In this document: positions 40,230 through 55,431 of the stretch, piece by piece | Layout: each line of letters starts with the position of its first letter | How positions within the stretch are numbered: the first letter of the stretch is position 1 | Assembly (NCBI GenBank): GCA_013265495.1 | Contig: MU058815.1 | Coordinates: forward strand, 938,523-1,002,522 | Origin: Vicugna vicugna | Lineage: Eukaryota | DNA length: 64,000 nucleotides | Reading direction: 5' to 3' | Notes under the pieces: generated by a model | The model's input: the letters and a program-made list of their open reading frames with translations, nothing else | Told to the model about the DNA's origin: nothing | The model's database searches: none | Program-made: the position numbers and the translations under genes

Positions 40230-43200
40230 ACTATTATTTTTTTAAATTATCATAGAGGGAAATTGACTTTGGAGGAACATACCGTTGTATACATTTTAAT
40301 ATATGCATGGATTTGGGTAACCATCACCAAAATCAGAATAAAGGACATTTCTATCACCGCAAAAAACTCTTGACTATTCCCTTATAGTCACACTCTCCAC
40401 CTACCCGTGAGCCCTGACAATCATGAGCTAGCCTCTGTCCGTATAGTTTTGCTTTTTCCAAATAGTGTGTAAATGGAGTCAGGCAGTATGCAACTCTTTG
40501 AGATTGGCTTCTTTCACTCAATATAAAGCCTTCAAGACTCACTTGAATTGTTGCATGTCAATAGCTGTTCCTTTTACACTGCTCTATAGCATTCCATCAT
40601 ATGGATGTGCTACAGTTTATTTGTCCACATTTAAGAACACTAGAGTGGTTTCCAGATTTGATCAGTTACACATAGAGCTGCTATAAACATTTGTGCAAAG
40701 ATTTTTGTGTGAATATGTCTTCATTTCTCTAGGGCAAATTCCCAGGAGTAGAATTTCTAGATCATATGCTAAGTATATGTTTAACTTCAAAAGACACTGC
40801 CAAATAGTTTTCCAGAATGGCCATATCATTTTTTAATTCCCATCAACAATGTATAAGAGATATAATTGTTTCATATCTTCACCAGCATTTGGTGGTGTTA
40901 ATTTTTTATTTTAGCAATTCAAATTGGTGTGTAGTAGTATCTCACTGTGGTTTTAATTTGCCTTCCCTAATAGCTAATGATGTTGAACATCTTCTCATGG
41001 GCTTATCTGCCATTCTTACATCCTCTTTGGTGAAGTGGGTGTTCAACGTGGAAAGAGTTGACATCTTTCCCTATGTTGAGTCTTCCAACCCATGAACACA
41101 GTATTTCTCTCCATTTACTTAGGTTTTTTGATTCCTTTCTTCAGTATTTAGGTGTTTTAGTTTTCAGATTTTATGTATGTTTTTGTTAGATGTATACCTA
41201 AGTATTATATTCTTTGGAGCTATTAAAAATCATATTGCTTTATAAATTTTAATTTCCAGTTGTACACTGCTAACATGCATGATTGATTGTTAGCAGTGAC
41301 CTTGTATCCTGTAATCTTGTTAAGCTCACTTATAAGATCCAGTAGTTGTTTTTTTGTTTTTCTGTTCTTTTGCACATTCTTAGAGATTTTCTACATAGGC
41401 AATCATATGAATATCTGTAAATAGACTTTCCTTTCTTGCTTTCCAATCTGTATGCACTTACTTTCCTCCTTACATTATTGCACTGGCTAGAACTTCCTGT
41501 ATGATAGAAGTTGTTGAATAGACGTGGTGAGACTGGATATCCTTATCTTGTTCTCAGTCTCAGGGGGAAAGCATTCGGTTTTTCATCAATAATTATGATG
41601 TTAGCTGTTTTGGTCAGATAGCCATTAATTAGACTGAAGAATATCCCTTGTACCCTTAGTTTGCTAAGAGGTTTATTGTGAGTGCTATCATGATATAAAT
41701 TATCATGTTGAATTTATCATAATTCAAATTATTGCATTCATGCTGATACACAAAAAGCATCTGATGTGATTTTTCTCCTTTACATTGTTAATATGGTAGA
41801 TTACATTGGTTCATTTCCAAAGACTGAATCAGTCTTGCATCCTAGGATAAACTGCAGTTGATGGTGGTGTGTGCTTTCCTAGATTATTTGCGAATGTTTT
41901 GTTGAGGATTTCTGCATCTGTGTTGGTGATAATGTTACAGGCAGTTATCATTTTTTGCACTTTCTTTGTCTAGTTTGGATATCAGAGTAATGTCCTCCTT
42001 AAAATGTTAGAAAGAATTTCTGCTATTTTCTGGAAGAAATTGTGTAGATGTATGATTATTTTTTTGGTGGAATCCACCAGTGAAACCATCTCAGTCTGGA
42101 CTTCTTTCTCAGATGGTTTTTAATTAAATATCAGAGTAATGTTCTCCTTAAAATGTTAAAGAATTTCTGCTATTTTCTGGAAGAAATTGTGTAGATGTAT
42201 GATTATTTTTTTGGTGGAATCCACCAGTGAAACCATCTCAGTCTGGACTTCTTTCTCAGATGGTTTTTAATTACACATTCAATTTCATGAATACTGTGAG
42301 GCCTATTTCAGTTGTATGTTTCATCTTGAGTGAGTTTTGGCTGTTCCTGGTTTTCAAGGAATTGCTCCATTTCACCTATGTTTAGAATTAATATGTGTAG
42401 GGTTGTTTGCAGTGCACTTTTATTATACTGCTGATGTCTGTGGGTTTGTAGTGTTGCCACAACTTCCATTTCTCATATTGGTAATCTTTATTTTCTCTTT
42501 TCTTGGATAGTGTTAGGGGTTTATCAACTTCATTGATTTTTGAAAGAATCATTTTTTGTTTTCATAGATCTCTATGTGCTCTTTTAATTTAACTGATTTC
42601 TACTCTTGTCTTTATTAATTCTCTTCTTTTTACTTGCTTGGTTTATTTCTTTTTTTTCTAGCTTTTTTTTGGTGAAAGCTTGCCCCATTGAATTCAAATA
42701 TTTTTTTCTTTCATAATATAATCATTTAATGCCATAGATAACCCTCTGAGCACTGCTATAACTGCAGACTGACAATTTTGACAAGCTGTATTTTCATTTT
42801 CACTTTAGTTCAATATATTTTATAGTATCTATTGAGACCTTGTCTTTGACTCATGTGTTAATAGTTCAGTGTTTAATTTCTAAGTGTTTGGAGACTTTCT
42901 CACTACCTTTGTTATTTCCAATTTAATGCAATTACGTCAGAGAATGTATTTTGTATGATTTAAATCATTTGATATTTGCTAAAGTTTGTTTTATAACACA
43001 GAACATGCTGTATCTGTGTTAAAGATTCATGTGCATTTGAAAAGAATATATTTTGCTGTTGGTAGAGTGTTCTATAAATGTCAGTTAGATTCAGTTGGTT
43101 TGTGGTGACATTCAGGTCTTCTATATCCTTGCTGATTTTTTCTCTATGAAAGAGGAGTACTGGATTCTTTAATTAAAATAATGGATTTTTCCTTTACATA

Positions 43201-44590
43201 TTTTGAAGCTCAGTTATTAGCATACACATTTAAGATTTTTATGTCTTACTAGTCCTTTTCTATATCCCTTAGTTTTCTTTGCTTTTAAGCAAAGATTTTA
43301 GTATAGAAATTCCAGTTTTCTTTAAAATCCGTGTTTGCACAGTATCTTTCTTCATCATTTCCTTTTATTATATCATTATATTTGAATTGAGTTTCCTGAA
43401 GACAGCATATAGTTGTCATTACAATCTGTCTTTTAATTCATTTATTTAGACCACTTACATTAAATTCAAATGTTGATATGACAGATTCAGTTTTATTATT
43501 TTTCCTACTTTCTCTCATTTTTTGTTCTTTTGTTTCCCCTTTTCTGTCTCATTTTGGGTTATTTAAATATTATCAGTATTCTATTTGTATTTGCCTATAG
43601 CAGTTTCTTAATTTTTTTAAGGATTACAATATATACTACCTTTCCCAATCTGCTTAGAATCTATATTTTAACAAATTCAAGTGATTTGTAAAAACCTTGA
43701 CAACAGTTTCGTCTCTTTACCTAATCCTGCTTAAGTTATTCTTGCTACGTTTATTACATTTACATAAAACAAAACACCCTGTGAAATAATTTGGTATTTT
43801 TTGCTTTCAATCCTCAGCTATATTTAATACAACTCAATAGGAGAATCATCTATTAAATTAACCCAGGTATTTATCATTTCTAATGCTGATTTTTCTCTTC
43901 CTGAAGTTCCAAACTTCCGTATGAAAATCATTTCCTTTCTATCTAAAAAACTTCCATTAGAAATTCTTTTAAAGGATGCCTCTAGCCATAAATGATTTTA
44001 GTTTTCTTTCATTTGAAATTTTAAAAAATTTTACCTTCATTCTTGAAGGATTTTTTTTTTCCTGAATACAGAATTCTGGACTGACAATTCTTTACTTCCA
44101 GCACCTGAGAAATTTCTTGCCACTTCCTCTGTCTTCTGTATTTCTGATGAAAACACTATCATCGGAATCGGTGTTTCTCCACAGGCAATGTATCATTATC
44201 CTCTCTGGCTGAGTTCAAAATTTTTCTCGTTGTCTTTAGTTTTCAGCAGTTTGATTATGATATACCTAGATGTGAATTTCTTTGAGCTCATCCTGTTTCA
44301 GCTTCATTCAACCTCTCAAGTCTCTCTCTCACCAAACTTACAAAGTGCTCAGCCATTATCTTTTCAAATATTTTTTTCAGCATCAACACTCCTTCCTCTC
44401 TTCTCCTGGAAATTCAATTACATGAATGTTATATCTTATTATTAACCCACAGGTCTCTGAGGCCGTGTTCATTTTTTTTTCCAATCCCTTTTCTTTCTCT
44501 GGTTCAGATTTGATAATTTCTATTCATCTGTCTTCAAGATCATTGACTGTTTCATCTCAAATCTGCTATTTAGCCCATCCAGTGGATTTC
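40230..44590 (-). mobile_element. Old LINE-1 (L1M-type), long and internally deleted
   Basis: Minus-strand 3'UTR motif 'SLEGFILSERSQSQR'; T-rich ORF2 and ORF1-like sequence throughout. Confidence 0.85.
41979..42273. repeat. Near-perfect tandem duplication, 2 x ~148 bp
   Basis: 'atatcagagtaatg...cagatggtttttaatta' at 41979-42126 and 42128-42273. Confidence 0.95.
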
Positions 44591-44594
44591 AGTC

Positions 44595-45300
44595 TAAGGA
44601 GCAACCGGAAGAATGGAGTTGCTATGCACTGAGCTGGGGAAGGTTGTTGTGGAAACATTTTTTTTTTCTTTTTCTTTTTCTTTTTTTGACAAGTTGAGTT
44701 TGAAATGCCAACTGGAATGAAGAAGTGCAGAATAGCCAGCTGCATGCAGGAGTCGGGAGCTCAGGGAGACTGGGTATAGGTATAGAAGTGGGGGTCATTT
44801 GATGTCAGTGTGGTATTTAAAGCCATGAGATGATGGGAAAAGACCACCAATGGAGAGCAGAGAGGAGAGAGAGCAGAGGATAGAGCCTTGGGGAACCCCA
44901 ACATCATCCCACTGGTGAGATGCAGGAAAGCTGGGGAGACAAGGGAGGGAGGAAAACCAGAGTTTTGTGGCATGCTGGCCACCAAGTAAAGAAGGTGAAT
45001 CAAAGGAGAGTGAATCACAAGAGGAATCCAAAGCTGCTGGCAGATCAATTCAGATTACATCTGAGAATAACACCTGGATTTAGCAACGTCGAGATCTCAT
45101 TGGTGAGCTGGAGAAAAGCAATTTCTGGGGAGCGATGCTGGAGAAGGTCTGATACTCAAGAGTGACTAGAAGGAGGGAAATTAAGGGTAGAACTCACATA
45201 TTTCATCTTAGCTATTTTGGGGAAGCGAAGGAGACACGAGAAATCCAGATGCAGTTGGAGGGGTAGGTAGGAGAGAGGAGGCTTCCCATGTAAACATTCA
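44595..45300 (-). mobile_element. LINE-2 remnant
   Basis: 'atggtatttaaagccatgaga'-type and 'ggatttagcaac..gagatc..ttggtga' L2 motifs; minus strand 'GVPQGSIL'. Confidence 0.75.
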
Positions 45301-45679
45301 GAAGGCATTAATGAATAGGTGCCCTTGAAGGGGTCTGTCATTTCATTTTCTCAGCATCTTACCAATTTTGGGCCTCTCAGCACTCAGGAAAGTGCTTTAT
45401 ACCTAGTAGATAGATAAGAGATATTTGCTGAAAACGTGATACGATATTTCAGATGATCCCATGAGTCTTCACAGCAGTAGTAAATGCCATATAAAAGACA
45501 GATAATCCAGAGGTAATAGATTTTTTCTCAATGATATTAACAATATATACTTCTTTTATAAAGTGAATGCATTCTTAATGAAGTAGAGATGATCAGTGTA
45601 GTGTTTTTATGAACCCGTGCAGCTAGATTTCTCATAAAACACTGACATGCAGGGGACAAGACGGTTCCTCTTGCCACTA

Positions 45680-45829
<150 letters not shown>

Positions 45830-47639
45830 TCACCCTGACATTATTCTGAATGATGAACGGATAAGTAATTGTTACTGCAGTTCAAGAGGTGTTTAAGCTA
45901 ACTTTTGTAAATACGTAACAGTAGGGAAATCAAACGGTTCGTGTGAACACTTACATAATAAATATATTGAATAAGGTCATCTAAGGAGCAGAGACCAGTG
46001 TTCACCTACATGACCACAGAGAAGAAAGAAGGCATGTCTTCAAAACTGTGGTCCTGGGTACATGCCTGAGATTACATTTTGATGCAATTAAACGACTCAC
46101 TGCTCTTTGCAATTCAGCCACTGTGTGATACTTAAATGCGGAACTTACACAGGCGAGAACAATCTGCCTTCATAAAAAAAAAAAAAAAAACACACAAACA
46201 AAACCACCTGACTGGCAAGACTTAGATTTTCAATTCTTGGACTTCATTCTTACTGAAGTTTTAGGAATTCCTACTGTGGTTATGAGTCATTTGTTAAAGC
46301 TATAAATTTAAAAATAAAAGCAAAACAAAACACAGATTCAAAACCACGATGAAGATGTGATATAATACACTCTCAACATTAATAAATGGGACAATACATA
46401 GGCAAGGGCTTTGTCAATGGTTACCATCATCCATTCATTCAACAAACACTTACTGCACATCTATTTGCCAGGCCCTGTGTGTTGGGGTTGGGGACATAAA
46501 AACCATCATCAATGCCCACTAAAAGCCTAGTGAATGTTATAAATAATAACAATAACAATATAAAAATATCTTCATGTGACTATTTGGGGGCATAGTAATA
46601 CCTATGCTTCCAATTCATAGACTGGAACAGGAGCCAGGGTGCCTGGCTAGTAAACTGGCCGCACCGTCATTGTCCTCTCTGGACAAAGTAGGAAGGTTTC
46701 TCGAAACTTTGTAAAGTGTTCATATTTTTTATTGCATACTTCAATTACATATGTATTTTTGATGTATGGGCAAATAATAGTTTGTCTGATTTATCGTTCT
46801 GATTTATCGCCCTTTATCTGTGCAGAACCTAGTAAGTTTTCATTCTTAACAATTTACAAAGCCACCACTCACTTCTGTGTATATAAATGGGAGCATTTGA
46901 AACCGCTACTTTCACGGGTCAAAAAATCAGCAGTTTCACATTGCAGACAAAAAAAAAATCTGCATAACTTAAGAGTTAATCATTCCAATTCTGCTTAGGC
47001 ATCAGAATATTTTTTAAGATAGAAAATGTAAAATTACTAAGATTTGTATTTTGTTTTAAACTTTTAAGAAAGTGCATGTGGTGAAATGTGAAAAATGTGA
47101 ACTAAAATACCCTGACAGTTAAGAAACAATGTTTCTGATTCAGATTGCTTCAAAGAGTCAGACTAAATTTAACAACATGGCTGTATCTGGCTGAGCCCCT
47201 GTGATTCCCGCTTTTGGGAGCAAAAAGGCAGATCATCCCAAACACAGAACACCTGGCTTTGTTGGGAACGGGGTCACATGCTAGAAGGTGCCACTGGATT
47301 ACGGGGGTATGTCAGTCTGGAAATTTATTCTCTTATAAACATGGGGGTAATACACCAAGTTAATTCCTGGTATTAAATATCAGCAAGTGTTCCAAATTAG
47401 TCCTTTAATTTCCATGATTGCTATTTTGATAGACCCATCTTAGAGGAAAAATGTAAGGATATTAGTTAATCACTGACGATCTTTGAATTTTAAAGCATCT
47501 TTTAAAAGCCATACTTTTGAACGTCATAAAAAGCTACACCTTAATTCTGTTTTTAACACTGACAATGCATACAGAGCCCTGAAAACGCTTTTTAAAAAAT
47601 CATACTGATGCAGCTTGTATTAAGGCAGATATTATAATC

Positions 47640-50600
47640 AAGTCTTTTTTTAATTTTGCTGTTTGCAAAGTATCTTCCTAAATCTGAGAAAATTTTAAAC
47701 AGTTCTTATTTAAAAATTCTTTACTAGTACAGGTCACTCCCAGCTGCCCATGCTTTATGTAAGATATTCTATGCAACAGCCACCAGACTCCTTCACAACC
47801 GCCTCATTAGGAGTTATATCTCAGTTTCCTTCTTGCATCTCAGTTTTTTCCCTCAATTTGCAAAGATGGCATGGATATCTGGGCATGAAAATGTCTCGCA
47901 ACAGTTTTATACATTCAGGAAGAGAATTTCCAAGTCCACCTTTTTTTTTTTTTTGGTTTTTAGTTGTTAATGCTCTGGAAATGGTTCTTACTCTGTTCAT
48001 TGTTTCTCAGTAGACTTTGGAGGTCTAAGGGAGCTTTGACCACTTTGAGTTACTGTGAAAAGATGCCTTGGATCCATTTAAGTTTTATAATTGTTTGAGA
48101 GAAAGAGGGATTGGTGACACAGCATTTTCATCACCCAAAATTACATGGTTTGAAAGCTTCCAGGTTCTTCATTGGGTTCTGTTATTCTACTTGCATATCC
48201 TGTTGGCAGACCCACCCTGTATTCATAAGTGTGGCATCATAACACTTGAAGAAGTGTTTTGTGTCTGAAAAGGCTAGTCTCCCCACCATGTTTCCATCTT
48301 CAGAATTGTCTTAGCTTCTCATGCACCATTCTTTTCCATACAAATTTTAGAGCCAGTTCGTCACCATCCAAAACAAAAATACAGATGTTTAGCATCTGTT
48401 TGGAATTAAATGGAAACCAGGAACTCCTTTGGAGGAAAGATACTTAATTTTCCTATTCATGGCAGTAGTGTGACGTCTCCAGTTATCTAGGCCTTCTTGT
48501 ATTTTCATTATCAAGTTTTATGATGTCTCTCCCATAAAAGTCTTGCAATTTTTTGTTATCTTTGTTCCAAGGTGTTACACTCTTTTTGTTGCTTTTGCAA
48601 GTGGTTTTTATAGTCGTATCTTATAGTCAAACATTCTTGATAAGAATCCAGTTATTCTAGGATTCGGTAAGTAAACGTACTAAACTCTCATTAATTTCAA
48701 TAATATTTCCGTATATTATCTTGGCTTTGCTTTGTAGACAAGCATATTTTTTATGAATAATGTAATCTTTATTTCCTTGTTCCCAATCTTTCCAACTGTG
48801 GTTCTGAATTGCCTCATATATAATCTTTATCTTTCCATTATTCATTTGTAACTAACTGCATTGTAATCAGAGAAACTGTCCATATGATAACCACTGCTGT
48901 AAAAATCTTTTGAGTTTTGGGAAAATCAGTTTGCAAAACTGCACCATATGTGCTTGAGAAAATTCTGTATCCTACAAATGTATGTGCCCAACAAACTAAG
49001 TCATCAATTTCATTTGAAAATGTTCTCTATCCTCATTAATTTCTGCCACGTGAGTCACCAATTACAAACAGATGAATGTTTAAGCCTCTTCTTTTCATGG
49101 TTGTTTGTGAATTTCTTCTTTCAGTTCTGACAATTTTTTTTTTCTATAGACATTTTGAGTCATTTTTATTAGAAGCATGCAAGTTTAGGACTGCTAGATT
49201 TTTCCTACTAAAATTAAAAAGTACAATTGTACAGTAATAGTGATCTTTGTCCATGCAAAAGCCTTAAAAAATTTACTTACTTTTGTGTATACTTGCCTAG
49301 TAATTTTTTTTAGCACTTTGCTTTCAAGATTTCTTGGTGTATACAAACAAGATACATTTGTTCGTAATTCAATATGACATCTGGATTTAAATGGTTACTT
49401 TTGTCACATTTATTGAGTATGACTATTCACACATTTTTATCTTATTCTGTACTTGTTGCTTTCTTTTCTTCCTTTTAAGTCTCGTTCCTATTTTCTGTTT
49501 ATTAAGGAAGTTTTTAAAATCCCATTTGTTTCTTACTTCCTGCTACTGATTTGAATATTACATGCTGTTTTGATTCTTTAGAGGTCGGACTTAAAATTTT
49601 CACATACACACTTTAAGCAAGTTAATTCTAATAAGTATTTACAAAACAAGTTTTAAATTTCAAGAATAGTTTCATTTCTAAGCATTCTTTTAGTTCTTTT
49701 TGGAAACCACAATCACCTTTGTCCATCGGACCTGACTGCTCACTGATGTTTCCATTTCATGCCCACAGTCCTATGTTACTGGGTGTCTAGTATTTACCGC
49801 TTTTCTTTTTTAACGTCTACGTTTACAAAATTTTTTTCCCCCAATATTTCTGCTTCCAACTGAGACCTTCCTTATAAGATCACTTTCTTTCATTCTGAAA
49901 ACCATTATTTTTGTTGTTGTTTTCAGATTCTTTTTCACCATAAGTTACTACAAGATATTGAATGAAAGCCATTCTTAAAAATTCCTCTTGCGGGTCGGCT
50001 GGTGGCACATTTCTTCAGTGTCTGTCTGTCTGGATCTTCATTTTAATTCCACTTTTAGAAAGTGTCGGCTGGGTAGACCCCGGGAGTTTGACAGTTGTGC
50101 GGCTCCCGGGCTGTGAGCGGAAGGTCCGCCGTCCGTGGGCTGGGTCCTGCGCTGCTCGGGGAGGTCAGCGGGCCGTCTGAGCATCTTTCCTTTCAAGATT
50201 CTCGCTTTCATCTCCACTCCTTTTCACATTCTCGTTAGTGTTCTTTGATTTCACCACGGTGTGTCTGGACACGGATTTACTCTTATATATCCTGCTTGGT
50301 GTTGCAGTGTTTTCTCAACTCGGGAAATGTCTCAGCTATTTGCGTGTCACCTCTTCTTAATTATCTCAAACCTTCGCTTTCGGTCTTGCCCGCACCTCCC
50401 CTCCATGTCGCTGCTTTCCTCGTCCCCATTTCGCTTGTCTCTGCTCTGTATGTTCTGTGCTGTTCACTCACACATACGTGCCATCTCACGAGTTTTTCCA
50501 TCACTTGTGTCTAGCACCTGATCCACAAGAGTTACAGTCTCAGTGATGACAATCACTGACAATTAATCATTCAATGAACAATCCTTTGACTCTTTCGTAA

Positions 50601-50800
50601 ACCACGGTCGTCTTTGTCAGCAGTATCCGATGGCTTTCTCAAATTTCAGTTCCAGTTTTTATTTTTCAAATAGCTCACTTATTTATTTACTTACTTATTT
50701 TTTAAGGTATCCGTTACCTGGGATTTCTGCGAATCTGACCTTGGTGGTCTCTTCTGCCGCCCACTCCTCTCCTGCGGTGCTGTGTGACCCCGGACCGTGA
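47640..50800 (-). mobile_element. Highly decayed old L1 fragments
   Basis: T-rich sequence with patchy L1 motifs ('ttttccatacaaattttagagccag', 'ttgtaatcagagaa'); boundaries vague. Confidence 0.55.
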
Positions 50801-51566
50801 GCTGACGCTGGGTGACGTTTCATCTGTGGGAATCCGGTGACACCCGCATGAAGGGGCTGGGCAGGCCTCCAGGAAGAATTTCCCATGATCCTGGGATGGG
50901 CTCTGGGTGCTGCCAACCTGTGCCCATGTTCATTTCATTCAAGGACCATCCAGGTTGTGTAAATTTGGGCCCCAAATCTGTGTGAAGGCAGGTCTGCAGA
51001 CATGAGTTTTCAGGGGACTACTGTTTCCTACCCAGAGGTAGAAAATGAAATATTTGTCCTCAGCCACCTTTTCTTTGGATTTGTAGCCTTCTGAGAACAC
51101 CAGGTGCATGGACAGCTTGGTGTTCTGTATTTCCCCTTCCACAGACTCAAAGCCTTGTCTGGTCTCCCCTACGTGGCCGTTTAAAAAAACAACTGGACAT
51201 TAGAAAGCTCAGCAAACAACACTGGCTCCCCCATGGGATGGTCCTATTAACCGGCTTAACCCAGCTTTCGGAAGTCCAATTTTTTTCACTTTCAACGATT
51301 GAGAAACATTAATCTGGTATTCCTATTTTGTCTCATTGGAAAAATAAAACGGGCCTGATTAGTTATTCACAGCTAGACAGAAATAGCTACTTTAACACAG
51401 CCAGCTTCAGGTGAATTATATCGTACACATCAATGCTTAGACTCATAACTCGCTAGGGAATAGTCTGCGCTCCTTGTGCGGCTGTGTTCCATGTCTGCCT
51501 AAGGTACACAGTTTAAGCAATTAAAAAAAAAATGACAGTTTGCACAGGGAAATTATATGGAATTCA

Positions 51567-51794
<228 letters not shown>

Positions 51795-52792
51795 TTACTT
51801 CCCTCTATTGAAAATGCAGAGACAGACTATTTAGAGGTGAGCATATTTTAACTATGCAATAGGGTCATTTTTAAGAGGGCTTCCAACTGTTTTCAAAATG
51901 TATTTTAATGTCAAGACTTACGCTGGCACCATATTTTTTTTTTCCTTTTCTTAGAAAATGAGCGAGCTGTCCCTAACTCATTCAGGCATGGTGTTTACAT
52001 ATTTCTCTTGAGGATTCCAATTACATAATTGATTTGAAAATAACATTCAAGAAGGAATTGCTATAAAAAAAAACAGTAATGTCTACACTGAATTTAAAAT
52101 CTGTTTGAGATCCTAACTGCCACTGAAAACTTTTAAGTTATTCTGCGAACCTGGGATTTCTTTCACTGAATTTCTTAGCTGAAAACACTGGTGCTTCCTA
52201 TCGTGTCTCAAGAGTTTCCTGGAGACACGTGCTGCTCTGTGTTTGGAAACTAAAGAAACGGCATTGAAAAGCCTTCTCCATGCCCGAGGTGTGTCTTTGG
52301 CTTGGTCAACGTGGAGACAAGCTCAGTTCTTCAGCACAACCCCCATCTCAGTGGAACGCATAATTAAGGGACGGAGCCAGAGGCCACCTCAACCCTGCAG
52401 GACTGCTCATTTAGGCTAAGGAAGCTGCTGAAGCATTACAGCACCCCTGGGGGAGGATGATCAGAAAACACGGAGCACATGGGAGGGGAGAGGGGAAGGA
52501 GTCCCTGGAAAACAGAGTCAGGGCGGGGGCGGGGAATCACGGCTGTGCAGAGATGCCTGTCCGATGTAATGTGCTCTTCCAGGCTCTTCGGTCGTCCCCA
52601 TCAGGCCCCCATCAAGAATCTGAAACAGTTTCTCCCTCACTTACAACCGCCACTGCACATTATGGTTTCCCCATCAATGGGACGTCTGCTTCTGCTGACA
52701 ACCTCTCCGCTTGTAAACACATCGACTGCATTCATTACCGCTCACCGCAGGCCCAGGGGGCGAGACGAGCGCCAAGAAATCAATATGAACCG

Positions 52793-52817
<25 letters not shown>
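52793..52817. repeat. (TC)n microsatellite
   Basis: Direct reading. Confidence 0.9.
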
Positions 52818-52823
<6 letters not shown>

Positions 52824-55233
52824 AATGTGTTGAAATTTTATCTCTAGGGGATGGAAGATGGACCATCTTTTTGCCTTAACAGAGATTTAAAAGAGATTTT
52901 TTCCAAATTCGACACATCCTTGCACAGATTAAAGAGCAAAGGAATCATTCTACACAGATGCACAAGTGTGTATCTTCTCTCTAAAATAAGAACCAGCCAA
53001 GGGTTTTTAACGGTTAAAAATGCACTTGGCTCCATTCAAGATTCCTTAGAGTAACCTAGAGAATTTGCATAAGAAATGACTAAGAAGAATGAAGAAGAAT
53101 TAGAGGCCGAAATGAAAAGAACAGGCAAGACATTAAGGACCAGGGCGCATGGACTCCACCTCCCCAGTTATTTAGCCCAGGGGTCACTGCTCTTCTTTCC
53201 AGCCACAGCCACAGTCATCCGTGACCTTAAGCATTCACATATGATGACCGGAGTCTTTCCTAGAAACACTTACTCTTTAGTAACCGTATACCCTGCAAAT
53301 ATCTGTAAACTAGAGACCTTAAAGATGCCGAAGGAAAAATGTCCCAGGACCCTAGAGCGGTCTTAGGCCCGCTGCTCCTGGCTCCGCAGCTTTCTTAGAA
53401 AACAAAACTGACAGAGGAGCTGTTGTCCTGAGGCCTCAGACTTGCTGTATCTCCTCTCACGATTAACACCTGCATTATTAGTTAATTAGAAAAAAAGTGA
53501 TCAATTTCCAGATAACTTCTGAGAATGTGAACAGTGGAAAATTCTTGAGATAAAACTAAATTTTGATGGACATCCCTCAGTCTACCCTGCAAAATTCCTA
53601 AGTTACTTGTGCCCCCGACCGCAGTCCCCTTGTGCTGTTTCCATGTTGCAACCACCTAGAGGCGTGTCCAGGCCAAGCCTTTCTTGTTTTCACTCCTCCC
53701 ACACAACAGCACCATCAGAGCTCTGCACACCCAGGTGTGTCTGCGGATAACTCCGAGCAAACTAATGCGATGATTTTAAGGTGTGCAAGGCTACAGTACG
53801 TGCCAACTCCGTCGCTACCTGAATTAAGCACTTCTGGAAATATGTAGGTCTCTACTGAATTTGTCTAAATTAATACTAAAAAGTCTCCAGTAGCAGCATA
53901 TAGGAAATGCAGATTACTTGAGCACGCATTGATAATGAAGTCCCTTATTTTGCTTCTTTAGCAGGTGTTGAGTAAAAGTCTTTTTTCTTTTCTCCTGGCC
54001 CCAATTAAATACTTGTTTACATACTTCTTGTGGTTTCTGTTGTTGCTGTTTTATATATCTACATCGAAGGGCTAACAACGGAGTAATCACTTGCAGATCA
54101 ATAGGCAGACATGACCCCTCCATGCGGGAGTCCCTTACTGATCTGGGTGGTGTCCAGGTTCCAGAACAGACCGTATGTTAGTTGGTAAGAGTTTGCTCCC
54201 TGACTCACTGGGTGCATTTGTTTAACGACTTTGGTAGTGGTTGATTCCAACGCTACTCTGTCTTCGCCTTGTTAGACAACCCGTAATAATTTACTCTCCT
54301 GGAGGCAGCTTTCTTATTCTTCTGGAAACATGCAACTTTAGTTCAGTGATCTATTTGGCAGCAATTAACTATCATTAAGTTCTAAACCCTTTGGCACTGA
54401 CTATAAATGCAATAAACTAGAGAGAGGCAAAGAAGGAGCATTTACTTCTTGCAATTTATAGATGTTGTACAATCAAGTTCTGGCAAGGTTAGTGTCTTAT
54501 CCCTGAAGACTCGGAAAGATGAAATGATTTCCCAAGTCCCGCAGCTGCTGAGTGACAGGCTACGAGCTTGAACTCAGAGGACCTGCCTGCCTCTTCCTGC
54601 TCATTCCACTACCCAGATGCCTGATCAGAGAGGGGGCAGGCCAGCCTCCAGAAAACCAAGTCATTTTATGAAGGCAGTGAAGGTGCACATTCCAACAAAA
54701 TGGGGTATTTCAAAGGAAGAAAATACGAAACCAAAATAGGAATGTTCAAAAGTCGGGAAGATGTGAAAAATGAACTATTAGCAATTATGCTGTGTGAAAG
54801 AGCAGATGACACCAACATCACTCCCTAATTAATTATCCTGGACCCTAGCTGTATTCCGTCTATGAAAAATAATCACCTCCAGATAACTAAGCCATGTTGT
54901 TGTCAGCCATCCCTCCTGAGATAAAACAGAATTAAGATGTCACTGCCCTTCATGCTGGATGAGCACTGAGCATCCTGAGGGCCCAGCAAGGAGGCTTTTA
55001 CTGCTCAGGGGCCCAGCTGAGTCTGGGAAGTCTGGGAACGAAACTTCAGATCATTCCCAGCATTGAGCAAAGGGCGACACATTGACCTTGCTCTTTGTTC
55101 CAAGGGAAGGTATCTCTGTCGTTTGCAGACTGGGACATGGGCACTATGGACACAGATTCTCATGCCTCTGTGGCTGGTCACTGTGACCTGTGGGAACCAC
55201 AGCCCAGGATGGCTGATGACCCTAATGACTCAC

Positions 55234-55431
55234 CGTGGCCAGTTGAAAGCCTTGACTTCTTGCAGTGGAAAGTCAGCTCCTGTTCGCAGCGGTCTGCGTG
55301 GTCAGTTACGGCCTGGAGCTGGTCCATGCCGGCTGCGTACTTGAAAAACACTGGATGGGGGCTTTCTCCATTCGATCCTTTGACTCTGACCAAGTGGGAG
55401 CCGTTATGCTGCACTGAGGTCCAGGCGGTGT
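55234..55431 (-). CDS. CNTNAP3: CNTNAP3 ~exon 13 (198 bp, fibrinogen-like domain); upstream exons lie beyond the window
   Basis: aag|...|gtgagt; DTAWTSVQHNGSHLVRVK...FKYAAGMDQLQAVTDHADRCEQELTFHCKKSRL. Confidence 0.9.
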
